Positions 1 to 9,389 are shown, counted from the stretch's first letter. The stretch: 64,000 bases of DNA from Candidatus Bathyarchaeum sp. (GCA_020344315.1 CP070820.1:109605-173604); one strand, 5' to 3'. The notes: a model not told the origin generated them from the letters alone. Numbers and translations are program-made.

Positions 1-2212
1 CTCTAAATTCTGTCACTGTGTCAAAAATTGAGTCAGGACCAGCTTGTTGTGCCGCGAAGTTGCTGTGGGACCCGACATCTGTTGAGTTGTCGACATCAAT
101 GATAGCGTTGTCTACATAATCCTCTATTATTTCGCCTTCCATATATTCTGTCAGTGTATCAACAATTAGGTCTGGACCATGTTTTTGTCCACGGAAGTAC
201 GATTGTGAACCCTTGTCATCGCTAAAATCTATGTTTGATATGTTGTTATCTACAAAATCGTAATCATAACCATCCATCGTAATCCATGGAGGATTTTCCA
301 CTATCACCCAGAGACCAACATCATCCACACTACGGTAGATGGGTTCACCCTCAAACGTTACTACTGCGCCATGCCAAATCAACTCTAAAGGATAAGTGAA
401 AGAGGCATCGTACTGCTCTACTGGATTTAACTCGATGCCCGAACCGAGTATATTTAGGGCTCCTGTCTTGTTGCCCGCAATAGAGTCGAAGATGTAGAGG
501 TTCTGGTTGTCGGTGTCCGTGAACATGAGTCCTGCTCCCGAGTCTCCTGACACGAATTGGCTCCAATGGTGTTCCCAATTTGTATCGTTGTAGAAGAGAC
601 CAGTGGAAGTGGAAGTTTCAGGGTAGCCTCCATCTGTTCCATCCTCTGTTAGTTGTGTTCCAGAGAGACTTGAGAGCTGGATGGCACTGAGATCAGAAAC
701 AGTTCTGCTCTGGGAAGAGTTCACAAAGATTGTTCTTGCTTCATACGTATAGTAAGTTGCATTTGCTGGGAAGGTTAAAACTACCTGCGCATAAAAGTCA
801 GGACTACCTGCAACTCCTCCACTATATTCAGGTTCCTGTTGAACTATATCTCGGACTACGCCGTTGTAGATTACATACGCCGGTTCAGCCCCATAGTTAG
901 GCTCCTCATTGTTGACGCGCAGGAAATCTGCCGTACAGCTGGTTGACCCCCCAACAACAGAAGAAACTACATCAAAGTTATACACGTCTAGGTTTGTTAG
1001 ACCATTGTTCAAAACACCATAGGATGGGTTGTATTCAGGGTCATCATTGAAGTATATGTTTTGCCAAGCATAAGATGTTTGGATTACTGTATCGCTCCCA
1101 TCCCACCACAATGTAGCCTTCTCGACATCGTCATTGACTAAAAACACTAACATATTATTATTGTTGAAGAGACTGGCGTTTCCAGCTAGACCCAAAGGAA
1201 CTCTGTAGTCCGATGCCCAATCCTCCACTTGAAAAGGTACCTCCCGGTCCACCCCATTTATTGTTTGATTAAGATGGAGAGCTTTGACCGGAAGAGGTGG
1301 AATAGGCCTCGCTTGAGGCAGTATTTGCAAGCTTTGACCAAGCCATAGCAAGGTACCATTTTGGAGTACTTCTATAACCATAGTGTCCGTAGTTAAAGAT
1401 TCGTAGATGTGCTTCAATCCCGTAGAGTCCCAATCAAAGTTATAAATGAACTGGGGAAATCCTGACTCAAGTGAGGCTTCAGAATAGAAAGCTTTCACCA
1501 GAAGGCCTCTTTGATTTTCAACTTGGACTGAATAAGCGTCTTGATTTACTCCCGGGGGGATGTCTATGATATAAGTTCCATCTGCAGAGATCACTGGATC
1601 ATTTTCTGGATTAACCAGCTCCCAAGTTGAGTCACCGTAGTTATACCTGTAAAACCAGAAGTTTTCTTTTCTTAATCCTAGTTCAGGTTTACTATTATCG
1701 CGTGTAACAATTATTCTGGCTTCATTTGAGTTTATTGGGTCTAGAATACTGACTTCCAATGCAGAAGATGTCTCATACTTCACTCCTTCTATTCCAAGAC
1801 CCGCCAAATCATAGGTTACTGAGATGTTCCCCATGCTGTAGCTTTGTGGCATATACCAGCGGGTAGAAACCTGACTCGCTGTAAAATCGAGGTCAAAGGA
1901 TGGGTTCCATTCCGGATGTGAACGAGCAATATTAACTAATCCGCTTGAAAGATAGCGGGTCGTGAGTCCCTGGGCATATGTTGAGTTTCCCGTGACTTGC
2001 AGGATTGAGCCGTAGTATCCAACAGTAAAGTCCAAAATTCTTTTGATGTCCGCGTTCATTTCTCCCATAGCCGTCAGGACTATGGGTGAGTCCTGCAGTG
2101 GAGCGTGGCGGATCATGCTGTAAGTGGATATGACAGCAGCTACTAGAATCACGGCTACCAGCAACGCCGCGATTATAGAGAACTGTCCCTTATTTGCTCT
2201 ACTTCTTTTCAA
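1..2212 (-). CDS. Giant prepilin-like surface protein. Only the N-terminal >730 codons are in the window; the gene runs off the left edge.
   Basis: Absent from the ORF track because it is open to position 1. I translated stretches near 2100, 1250, 700 and 1-300 in the frame set by TTG at 2212 and saw no stops. GGAGG lies 12 nt upstream of the TTG. N-terminus (M)KRSRANKGQFSIIAALLVAVILVAAVISTY is a short basic leader, then KG/Q, then about 20 hydrophobic residues, which is the archaeal class III (prepilin-type) signal peptide pattern. Function of the body is unknown. Confidence 0.6.
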   Translation of the reverse strand, partial: MKRSRANKGQFSIIAALLVAVILVAAVISTYSMIRHAPLQDSPIVLTAMGEMNADIKRILDFTVGYYGSILQVTGNSTYAQGLTTRYLSSGLVNIARSHPEWNPSFDLDFTASQVSTRWYMPQSYSMGNISVTYDLAGLGIEGVKYETSSALEVSILDPINSNEARIIVTRDNSKPELGLRKENFWFYRYNYGDSTWELVNPENDPVISADGTYIIDIPPGVNQDAYSVQVENQRGLLVKAFYSEASLESGFPQFIYNFDWDSTGLKHIYESLTTDTMVIEVLQNGTLLWLGQSLQILPQARPIPPLPVKALHLNQTINGVDREVPFQVEDWASDYRVPLGLAGNASLFNNNNMLVFLVNDDVEKATLWWDGSDTVIQTSYAWQNIYFNDDPEYNPSYGVLNNGLTNLDVYNFDVVSSVVGGSTSCTADFLRVNNEEPNYGAEPAYVIYNGVVRDIVQQEPEYSGGVAGSPDFYAQVVLTFPANATYYTYEARTIFVNSSQSRTVSDLSAIQLSSLSGTQLTEDGTDGGYPETSTSTGLFYNDTNWEHHWSQFVSGDSGAGLMFTDTDNQNLYIFDSIAGNKTGALNILGSGIELNPVEQYDASFTYPLELIWHGAVVTFEGEPIYRSVDDVGLWVIVENPPWITMDGYDYDFVDNNISNIDFSDDKGSQSYFRGQKHGPDLIVDTLTEYMEGEIIEDYVDNAIIDVDNSTDVGSHSNFAAQQAGPDSIFDTVTEFR

Positions 2213-2216
2213 GAAT

Positions 2217-3542
2217 TTAGGTCCCTCCTTGTTGACCAAGTTGGAGAGTGACAAGTCTTGATGTTCCGCTGGCTCCGAATTCACTTCTGTAGACTGTTGG
2301 ACGATAGTACATAAGGAGAGCGAGTGCAGCAACTCGTATGTCCGGAATCCTTGTCAGCCCTATTGCTGTGAGCACGCCTCCTCCAGTATGCTTGTACGTT
2401 GCAGCAGGAATGTAGTTCGGGTATGACGGCTGACGGATAAAAAGCTCTGTGGCAGTTAATTGGTAATCAGTTAAAATAGAGTCTGGAAGTGCACGCGTGG
2501 CTGTCTGGGTGATATCAGGGTAAATGCCATAATAGTTGAGGTTCTCAAGAGCTTCACTGTTAAACGTGACATCTCCGGGGCTTCCGGTGATACCTGTACC
2601 ACTGATGACGTATGGATCGCCGTCCAATCCTCTGAGAAAGGCGTTGAGTCCTGCTGGTCCAACTTGTATCATCCCATGAATACCATAACCATTGTGGTCA
2701 TCTGGGTCGGTAAAAACTTCGGTGTTAGATACATAATAGACAGGGTAGCCGACAATGCTGACCCAAGTCCAGTTATACTGCTGCGTTTTGCTACCGAGAG
2801 TATAGCAAAACTTTGCATATGATCCGCCTTCGTAGCCTTCATTTTGTTGTGAACCACCTTGGCAATAATCGGCTGGAATGGGAACAGCTTCCCCAAACGT
2901 GTTTACAACAACAGCATTTTGTATAGTCCCTTCAAGCGATGTGGAGTTCTCCAAGAGGAGCCTAAGCTGATATGTACTGTTTATGAGAATAGTACTGGTG
3001 AAGTACGGGGAAAGAAGGTCTTTGAAGTCCGAAGCAAGACTCTGACCAGTATAACCTGTGATCCACCAACCGTTAGCGTCGTTACAATTCAAGATGTAGA
3101 GGGTGATGTTTTGTCCTGTGCTCTCCCCCACTTTTTGCGGGTCCTCGGTGAAGGTGACGTTTGGGGATGTCACCATAAATGAAGCAGAGTCAGACTCGGC
3201 TCCGAAGCCAGCATCTGAGATTGAGTTCGCTAGTTGATAGGTTATGGCTCCTCCAGCGCTCGCTGAAATGTCATAAACGCTGAGGTTATAAACCACATTT
3301 GGTGGGAGAGATGCTGAGAGAGCCATTTTGAGGTCTCCCCAAGCAGGATCAGAAGAACCTTTGAAGACTGTCTCGGTTAATACACCTTTACCATCCAAGG
3401 TTTCGAGGGTGGATTGAGACAACTCTCGCAGGTTGGTTCCAAAAGATTGACGTGGCGAAGGCAAAACAGCAAACTGAGTTGCGATAATAAAGGCTCCCAG
3501 TATGATGATAATAACAAAGAGGACCTCAACAGTTCTCATCAA
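2217..3542 (-). CDS. Large prepilin-like extracellular protein (441 aa), function unknown
   Basis: ORF track. N-terminus MMRTVEVLFVIIIILGAFIIATQF has a 3-residue leader, an early acidic residue and a hydrophobic helix of about 20 residues. The body is S/T/N/G-rich with at least 6 N-x-S/T sequons. Its stop is 5 nt from the next gene start. No domain recognised in the body. Confidence 0.5.
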   Translation of the reverse strand: MMRTVEVLFVIIIILGAFIIATQFAVLPSPRQSFGTNLRELSQSTLETLDGKGVLTETVFKGSSDPAWGDLKMALSASLPPNVVYNLSVYDISASAGGAITYQLANSISDAGFGAESDSASFMVTSPNVTFTEDPQKVGESTGQNITLYILNCNDANGWWITGYTGQSLASDFKDLLSPYFTSTILINSTYQLRLLLENSTSLEGTIQNAVVVNTFGEAVPIPADYCQGGSQQNEGYEGGSYAKFCYTLGSKTQQYNWTWVSIVGYPVYYVSNTEVFTDPDDHNGYGIHGMIQVGPAGLNAFLRGLDGDPYVISGTGITGSPGDVTFNSEALENLNYYGIYPDITQTATRALPDSILTDYQLTATELFIRQPSYPNYIPAATYKHTGGGVLTAIGLTRIPDIRVAALALLMYYRPTVYRSEFGASGTSRLVTLQLGQQGGT

Positions 3543-3559
3543 CGCCCATCACCTCCCTT

Positions 3560-4717
3560 TCAGCCCCTCAATCTCCATGCAGACAACTTCACCAGATACG
3601 AAACCTCGTTAATCCTCACCTGCCTAAGTTCGGTTGCAACAAAACTGTAACCAGTCGAATCACCGCCAAAAACGGCTGTGACCCCGAGAGTGCCGATTCC
3701 CCAAGGCATAACTACAGAACCGATGCTCGCTCCCTGCTTATATGAAATCAATAGGATTCCTGTCTCGGATGCCGGAACTTTCGTTGTATTGTAAGTACCG
3801 TATTCTAGATTATCTGTGGAATTCTCTATCTGAACCTGCTGCAACTGAAATCCCTGATTCAGAATAAAAAAGGTGGCATTATAATAGACGGAATCAGCTG
3901 GGCTATTATTGGCGATTATGACTTTCCCATTCTCAAAATCTTGGACAAATGGAAGAATGAGCGCATCAGAACTGCTAGTGACATCACGAGAATAGTATCC
4001 AACACCATTAAGTCCACTGAGATGAACGTAGACCAATAAAGAATAGGCATCGTCAGAAGCATCTAAAGAAAACTTTATCGATGATGAACCGTTTTGTATA
4101 ATGCCTGAATGCGTTATTATCGAAGGAAACTCCCCGCCCTCAGGATCTAGATGAAAAAGATAGTAATTCAGGCTAGCATTCGTTAAAGGTAGTCCTGGTC
4201 CTCTTGTTTCAACTTTGAACTCTAAGGGATTCAAGGAGACCTCCGAGATGCTGACGCTCAGAGTTGGTGCAATATTGATTCCAAATCCATAGGTTCCATT
4301 GACGCCTAAAAGTTCCGCAGTTCTTGTGTAATTCACACAATCACCTACTGGAACAAGTAGATAACCTCCATAACCGAAACTGATGTTATTGTAGAAAGTT
4401 GTACCATATTGGACGAGTTGGCTATCCTGAGAAGTCCTTAGCCTCATTGGGGAATAGGTACTAAGGGAGTACCCGCTAGATTCAGGGTCTTGAAGGCCGA
4501 AACCTATTATGGCTGAGTTGGTCTGTGACCAATTTGCGGGATTTCCTGGAGATAGACATGCAGTATCTATGAGATCGACGGCTTTCATGGTGACCTGTCG
4601 GTTACGTTCATAAGCAACGGCAGATGCGAACATATTATTGAAGGTGACCATAGCTATCAGCATCGCCGTTATTAAAATCGTAACTGAAATCATGTGATCT
4701 ATGGTAGCACCCGGCAT
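3560..4717 (-). CDS. Large prepilin-like extracellular protein (385 aa), function unknown
   Basis: N-terminus MPGATIDHMISVTILITAMLIAMVTF has Gly at position 3, an acidic residue and a long hydrophobic helix. Its first ~10 residues parallel the neighbouring gene (MPNVTIEYVI). At least 10 N-x-S/T sequons by eye. Confidence 0.5.
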   Translation of the reverse strand: MPGATIDHMISVTILITAMLIAMVTFNNMFASAVAYERNRQVTMKAVDLIDTACLSPGNPANWSQTNSAIIGFGLQDPESSGYSLSTYSPMRLRTSQDSQLVQYGTTFYNNISFGYGGYLLVPVGDCVNYTRTAELLGVNGTYGFGINIAPTLSVSISEVSLNPLEFKVETRGPGLPLTNASLNYYLFHLDPEGGEFPSIITHSGIIQNGSSSIKFSLDASDDAYSLLVYVHLSGLNGVGYYSRDVTSSSDALILPFVQDFENGKVIIANNSPADSVYYNATFFILNQGFQLQQVQIENSTDNLEYGTYNTTKVPASETGILLISYKQGASIGSVVMPWGIGTLGVTAVFGGDSTGYSFVATELRQVRINEVSYLVKLSAWRLRG

Positions 4718-4721
4718 CTAA

Positions 4722-5198
4722 TCAGCCTCCAAAAGAAAAAACTATGGTGCTGTTAGAAAACTTCTGAAGTTCAAGTGAAGCGTTAGCAGAGTTACTCTGA
4801 AGAATGGGATTCTCGGTCCATATCACATTAGAGCCCATCACAGCTAACGCGGTAACCGTGGTTCCATCTTCCATCGTCAAGGTAAGGGTGAGAATTCTAG
4901 TGGAATTAGGGTCTGAGGGGCTACTCAGTGAGCCCATAGCTGTATACGGATAAGAATTAATGGTTGCCGGGATACGTAAGGCATGCGTTATAGTGCCAGC
5001 TAAGATTTCTTCCCGATTCACAGTTAGGTAAAGTTGTTGAACCGTACTCGCCAGATGGTCTGCAGCCTCCTGTAGCGCAACGTTTCTTTCAGATTCTTGC
5101 CAACTGGAGGTAATTGTATTCGCTACCAAAGGAAAAACTATCACTTGAGTAAAGAGCAAAGGAATCAGTATCACATACTCAATCGTTACATTCGGCAC
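4722..5198 (-). CDS. TadE-like pseudopilin candidate (158 aa)
   Basis: N-terminus MPNVTIEYVILIPLLFTQVIVFPLV resembles, from memory, the TadE-like N-terminal signature ([VI]-E-[FY]-[AV]-[LI]-[VI]-x-P-x-L-[LF]). Small secreted-type body. Sits inside the pilin gene run. Confidence 0.5.
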   Translation of the reverse strand: MPNVTIEYVILIPLLFTQVIVFPLVANTITSSWQESERNVALQEAADHLASTVQQLYLTVNREEILAGTITHALRIPATINSYPYTAMGSLSSPSDPNSTRILTLTLTMEDGTTVTALAVMGSNVIWTENPILQSNSANASLELQKFSNSTIVFSFGG

Positions 5199-5223
5199 CT
5201 ATGATAGTCTCCTCTCCTTATTT

Positions 5224-6093
5224 TCACCAAGTAATTCCAAATTCAACAGATACCTCGCTTAGGTAAAGTTCAAAAACTACATTGTCATATCCAGAAGAAG
5301 GAACGGGAATCTCTTCAGAGTCAAATGGAAAATTGAAAAAAGCGGAATCAAAATTCTCTGGTGAAGCTGCTCTAGGAAAACTAACAGAAACGTCGATGCT
5401 CGTGACGTTGCTCAGGGTGCGGGCTTCCACCGACGTTCCAGTTAAGGTGATAGATTGGGATAGTCTAGGGGCTTCTCCAGCTTCAAGAACCGGAAGGTAC
5501 ATCTTAACATAATATGTGCTGGTGGAAGCGTTAATCGAAGAGAAGAGGACCCTAATGGCTGGGGCTACAACTACCCGTATATAACTTCCATCATACATAG
5601 GCAACTTCTCGACGACAAACACTCGTGCGACTGGAGCAGAGGTACCCTGTAAAGTAAGAGATTCGTCCTCAGACGGAAAGACTCTTTCCCAGTAATCGTT
5701 GGCCACAGAATATTTTGATGTTGGGACTTTGAACATGAGTATTGCTGTCTCATTTGAAAATTCATTTGTCCCTTCATTGGTTTCGACGGTCACTACGTAA
5801 TTTAATACTGAGGGCTCTAGGACAGCATCCCCATACTGGCTTGCATAACGAATAGTCTCTGTACGCCCCACTGTCCAAGCTACATCATCTATTTGAAGCC
5901 CAGCTGTATGCATCAACTGTTTGGAAGAGTTGAACTCTCCCTCTGCAACCTGAGACCAGAGAAAATTGTTTGCGAAGACTAAGGCGACGCTAACTATGGC
6001 AATCATTGCACCTGTAATAACAACTGTTGAGATAACGGGGCTTACTCCGCCTTTACTTGACCGTTTCTTATGAACAGAGTTAATCATTGGCAA
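5224..6093 (-). CDS. Archaeal type IV pilin-like protein (289 aa) with class III signal peptide
   Basis: KKRSSKGG/VSPVISTVVITGAMIAIVSVALVF matches the archaeal pilin N-terminal pattern: basic leader, Gly, then [VA]SPVI[AS]T and a hydrophobic helix (Pilin_N/DUF1628-type). First gene after the platform protein. Confidence 0.7.
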   Translation of the reverse strand: MPMINSVHKKRSSKGGVSPVISTVVITGAMIAIVSVALVFANNFLWSQVAEGEFNSSKQLMHTAGLQIDDVAWTVGRTETIRYASQYGDAVLEPSVLNYVVTVETNEGTNEFSNETAILMFKVPTSKYSVANDYWERVFPSEDESLTLQGTSAPVARVFVVEKLPMYDGSYIRVVVAPAIRVLFSSINASTSTYYVKMYLPVLEAGEAPRLSQSITLTGTSVEARTLSNVTSIDVSVSFPRAASPENFDSAFFNFPFDSEEIPVPSSGYDNVVFELYLSEVSVEFGITW

Positions 6094-6112
6094 ACTTTCC
6101 TCCTGTTTTCCC

Positions 6113-7801
6113 CTAAATTATCATTGGAACAACTTTTGATGCAACGATAGCGAGCAGAACGAGCAAGGAGGAATGTTTTAAGCCAGCGGCCAAAGATTCT
6201 TCACTGATTTTTCCTGCCACCAGTCCAATCAGGTAACAGTGTGTGATTACTGAAACTGTGAAGATTAACGTAAGGAAATCTACGTCGACCGCGCCTACCC
6301 CTTGGCTAGTCCCCGCCATGGCAACTGTCTCAGTGGTGAAAATGAGAGTCATAAGAGTCGTTGCTACCAGCAATACCGCTGCAAAGTAGGGGATGAGTAT
6401 ATAGGGCCGAACGCTCATCTTCTTCTCTTTCTCCACTTCCTGAGTCATATTGTTGAATCTCGCGAGAGATTCAATCATGGATATGGTTCCACCCCCTACG
6501 TCCACAGCTTCTAAGAGGAGAAACATGACTATCTGGGACATCCAACTCCTAGTTTTCTTCACGAAATCCATGATTACATTTCGCAACGGAATCCCCCAAG
6601 CAATGTCAGACGACATCTTCTTCAATTCCTTAGAGAAAGCTCCGTAGTTCCGTTCTGAAAGATTCTCAATACACTTTTCTGGGGAAAGCCCTGTCTTTCT
6701 CGTTTCCGTCAGATCCCTGAGAAAGTTGGCTATCCCATGCTCGATGCTCGATTTTCTACTTGCGATCTTCTGGTGGACGAGGGCTGGAGGCACAGCTGAA
6801 ATTATCAAAGTGATGGCCACTGCAATTGGCAGGTCGACAAGATTTTGGGTAGGTATTTGTACCATACCAAAGAATCCTGTGAGCAGCAAGAGCACTAAAA
6901 CAGCCACACCTGAGGAGATGCCCCATACTTTGTAGGATCTATAATCGCTGAGGGGAGTTTTTGGTTGCATACCGTGGGCAAGATACAGGAAGACAACAGA
7001 AAGTAGAGGAGTGAAAACGTAGGTATACATGATCACTCCAGTACCCATGTCCATGCCTGAGCTGTATATTGACTCGACACTGAAGAGAATGTAGAAGCAG
7101 AGGGACATGAGAACCATTATAATGATAAAGGACTCCAGAAGCATTCCCAAACGCTCGGCGGCAGCCTTAACTCTCAAGGACCCCGTCTTGAAGATATCCT
7201 GCGCCTTTGTTTCGAGGAAGTGGATAACGTCACCACCTATAATAACTGTGGAAGCATAACCCGAAACGAAGTCTCTGAACATATCCAGCGGATGGTACTT
7301 TGCCGAGATCTCCAGTGCACTAAGGGGGTCAATCCCAAAGATTTCAACATCTCTGATTAGACTTCTAGCTTCTTTCCGCGTTGCAGGTAACAATTCAACA
7401 TCTGCAAGTCGCTTAAAGCTCATGTAAGGCGGTATACCTCCTGACGCCATAACAGTGATGTAGGTTGCTGCAAAAGGCATCTCCCTCTCCACGGCACCTT
7501 TCCGGTCGCTGGCCTTCGACATCGGGGCAATCATGAAGCCAATCATGATGAAGAGGGGTAGGGGCACCAAGAAGATCAGGAATATGATCCTCGTGAAATA
7601 TAGAAATACTAGTGCGATGACAGATACTGGTATAGTTAGCATAGCAATTAAAAACATCAGGGATATGTAGGTTTCAGGATAGATTTTGATTCCTGCTTTT
7701 GCCAAATGTTCCTTGAACTCGAAGACATTACTTAGGAACTTCGGAGCAACCCTTCCGAAAAGGCGAAAAGAAACCCCTTCAAGAGTTTTTAGCAGGGGCA
7801 C
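6113..7801 (-). CDS. Type IV filament platform membrane protein (FlaJ/TadC/PilC family, 562 aa)
   Basis: Polytopic membrane protein of the expected size. It overlaps the 3' end of the secretion ATPase gene by 23 nt. It shows alternating cytosolic helical regions and TM bundles, as in T2SS-F domain proteins. Assignment is by context and overall pattern. Confidence 0.7.
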   Translation of the reverse strand: MPLLKTLEGVSFRLFGRVAPKFLSNVFEFKEHLAKAGIKIYPETYISLMFLIAMLTIPVSVIALVFLYFTRIIFLIFLVPLPLFIMIGFMIAPMSKASDRKGAVEREMPFAATYITVMASGGIPPYMSFKRLADVELLPATRKEARSLIRDVEIFGIDPLSALEISAKYHPLDMFRDFVSGYASTVIIGGDVIHFLETKAQDIFKTGSLRVKAAAERLGMLLESFIIIMVLMSLCFYILFSVESIYSSGMDMGTGVIMYTYVFTPLLSVVFLYLAHGMQPKTPLSDYRSYKVWGISSGVAVLVLLLLTGFFGMVQIPTQNLVDLPIAVAITLIISAVPPALVHQKIASRKSSIEHGIANFLRDLTETRKTGLSPEKCIENLSERNYGAFSKELKKMSSDIAWGIPLRNVIMDFVKKTRSWMSQIVMFLLLEAVDVGGGTISMIESLARFNNMTQEVEKEKKMSVRPYILIPYFAAVLLVATTLMTLIFTTETVAMAGTSQGVGAVDVDFLTLIFTVSVITHCYLIGLVAGKISEESLAAGLKHSSLLVLLAIVASKVVPMII

Positions 7802-9389
7802 CAGCTAAAACCTCCCTCTCGTAGAAACTTTCAGGTTTGGCATTGTATTCCGTTATGACCCCTGCGACGTCTTTGTAGCTTCTAATGTTGCGTTCGCGCA
7901 TCCAGCGCAACACGTTTTCCCGACGTTTCATCTCTTCCATCAATTTTTGCCAGGAGAGACCTCTGCGAGTAGTTACGGAATTAAGCGCTATGCTGTTCTT
8001 GAGCAAGGAAATGTGGACGTCGTCAGTAGCGTTCCAGTTGAAAAGTTTTTTATAATCTTCGTAATCGGCAATTTCATCCACTGAAATAACTCGTCGGTAA
8101 GCCGTCATTTCTCCTGTCTTCGACTGCGGCAAGTGTACTCTTTGAATGGATACTACAATGTTCATGAGAGGCATGTATGCAGGTGCAATATCCATAGGTT
8201 TCTGGATTAAACGTTTGACAGCCGAATCGATGGAATCTGCGTGCATAGTAGCCATGCCGCCGTGACCCGTTGCCAAGGCTTGGAACAGGGTATATGCTTC
8301 GCTTCCTCGAATCTCGCCGACCACTATCAGATCTGGACGGTGCCTCATGGATGTCTTGACTAAATCAAAGAGGGATACTTCTCCGGTGAGGTTTTCTCCT
8401 AGACCGTAACTTCTTCTCGCAATCAGGGACACCCAATTTTCGTGAGGCAGATTAAGCTCTGCAGTTTCCTCAATTGTTATTATCTTGCTGCCGGGCTTGA
8501 TTAAACATGCTACTGCATTGAGGAACGTTGTTTTTCCTGATGCTGTTCCGCCTAGCACCATTAGGGAGGCTCTGTTCTCCAGACAGGTCCAGAAATAGGC
8601 TGCCATCTCTTCGGATAGGGTTCCTAGGTTAATTAGATCGATAATTGAGTAGGGGTCGTCTCGGAACTTTCTTATTGTGAAGGCTGTCCCGAAGGGTGTT
8701 ACTTCCCTTCTGTAGCAGACAGCAAGTCTGTGCTTTCCTGGTAAAGAGGCGTCAACTATGGGGAAGGCTGAGCTTACGTGCTTTCCAGCCATGTGAACTA
8801 GCTTTACCACAGAGTCGTCTAGTTCTTGGTCGGCGTGAAAGACCATGTTTGTTTCAAGGTTCTCATATCTTCTGTGCCAGATGTAAACGGGTTTCTCGAC
8901 GCCGTCACACGAGATGTCTTCTATGTTTGGGTCTCGCATCAGCGCGTCGATCCGGCCGAAACCGACAAGGTTTCGTTGGGCATGATAAAGGATTTTAGAC
9001 CACGAAACGTCTGGTAGCCAACCTAAACTTATTCGGTATTTGCCAACAATCTTTTCAGCTTCAGTTACAAAAAATTGTCGAGGGTCCTCGATTTCTTCTT
9101 GTGGATTAGCTATCTCAGCGAGGAGAATTTCTAATATTCTGTCATACACGCTCTGTTCGAGGGTGTCTAGCCTGAGTTCGTCTAGAATGTATTTGTGTTC
9201 GCCGGTTACTGGGTTTTGAGCAATGGCTGCGTGGGCGAAGGGTTCGTAGAGAGGATATTTTTCGACGACTTTGTATCCTTTTGGCAGGGGTTTTGGTGGG
9301 GGTGGTGGTAGGGTTTTAATTTTCTTTCTCTTGAAGATACCGCCTAACTTTGCTCGAAATCCCTTTTTGGATAGTTTATCCTTCGGCAT
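7779..9389 (-). CDS. Type II/IV secretion-system ATPase (FlaI/TadA/PilB-like, 536 aa)
   Basis: Walker A GGTASGKTTFLNA, Asp/Walker B region PDLIVVGEIRG, His box ATGHGGMATMHA. Unusual basic/proline-rich N-terminus (KKGFRAKLGGIFKRKKIKTLPPPPPKPLPKG). Confidence 0.85.
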   Translation of the reverse strand: MPKDKLSKKGFRAKLGGIFKRKKIKTLPPPPPKPLPKGYKVVEKYPLYEPFAHAAIAQNPVTGEHKYILDELRLDTLEQSVYDRILEILLAEIANPQEEIEDPRQFFVTEAEKIVGKYRISLGWLPDVSWSKILYHAQRNLVGFGRIDALMRDPNIEDISCDGVEKPVYIWHRRYENLETNMVFHADQELDDSVVKLVHMAGKHVSSAFPIVDASLPGKHRLAVCYRREVTPFGTAFTIRKFRDDPYSIIDLINLGTLSEEMAAYFWTCLENRASLMVLGGTASGKTTFLNAVACLIKPGSKIITIEETAELNLPHENWVSLIARRSYGLGENLTGEVSLFDLVKTSMRHRPDLIVVGEIRGSEAYTLFQALATGHGGMATMHADSIDSAVKRLIQKPMDIAPAYMPLMNIVVSIQRVHLPQSKTGEMTAYRRVISVDEIADYEDYKKLFNWNATDDVHISLLKNSIALNSVTTRRGLSWQKLMEEMKRRENVLRWMRERNIRSYKDVAGVITEYNAKPESFYEREVLAGAPAKNS

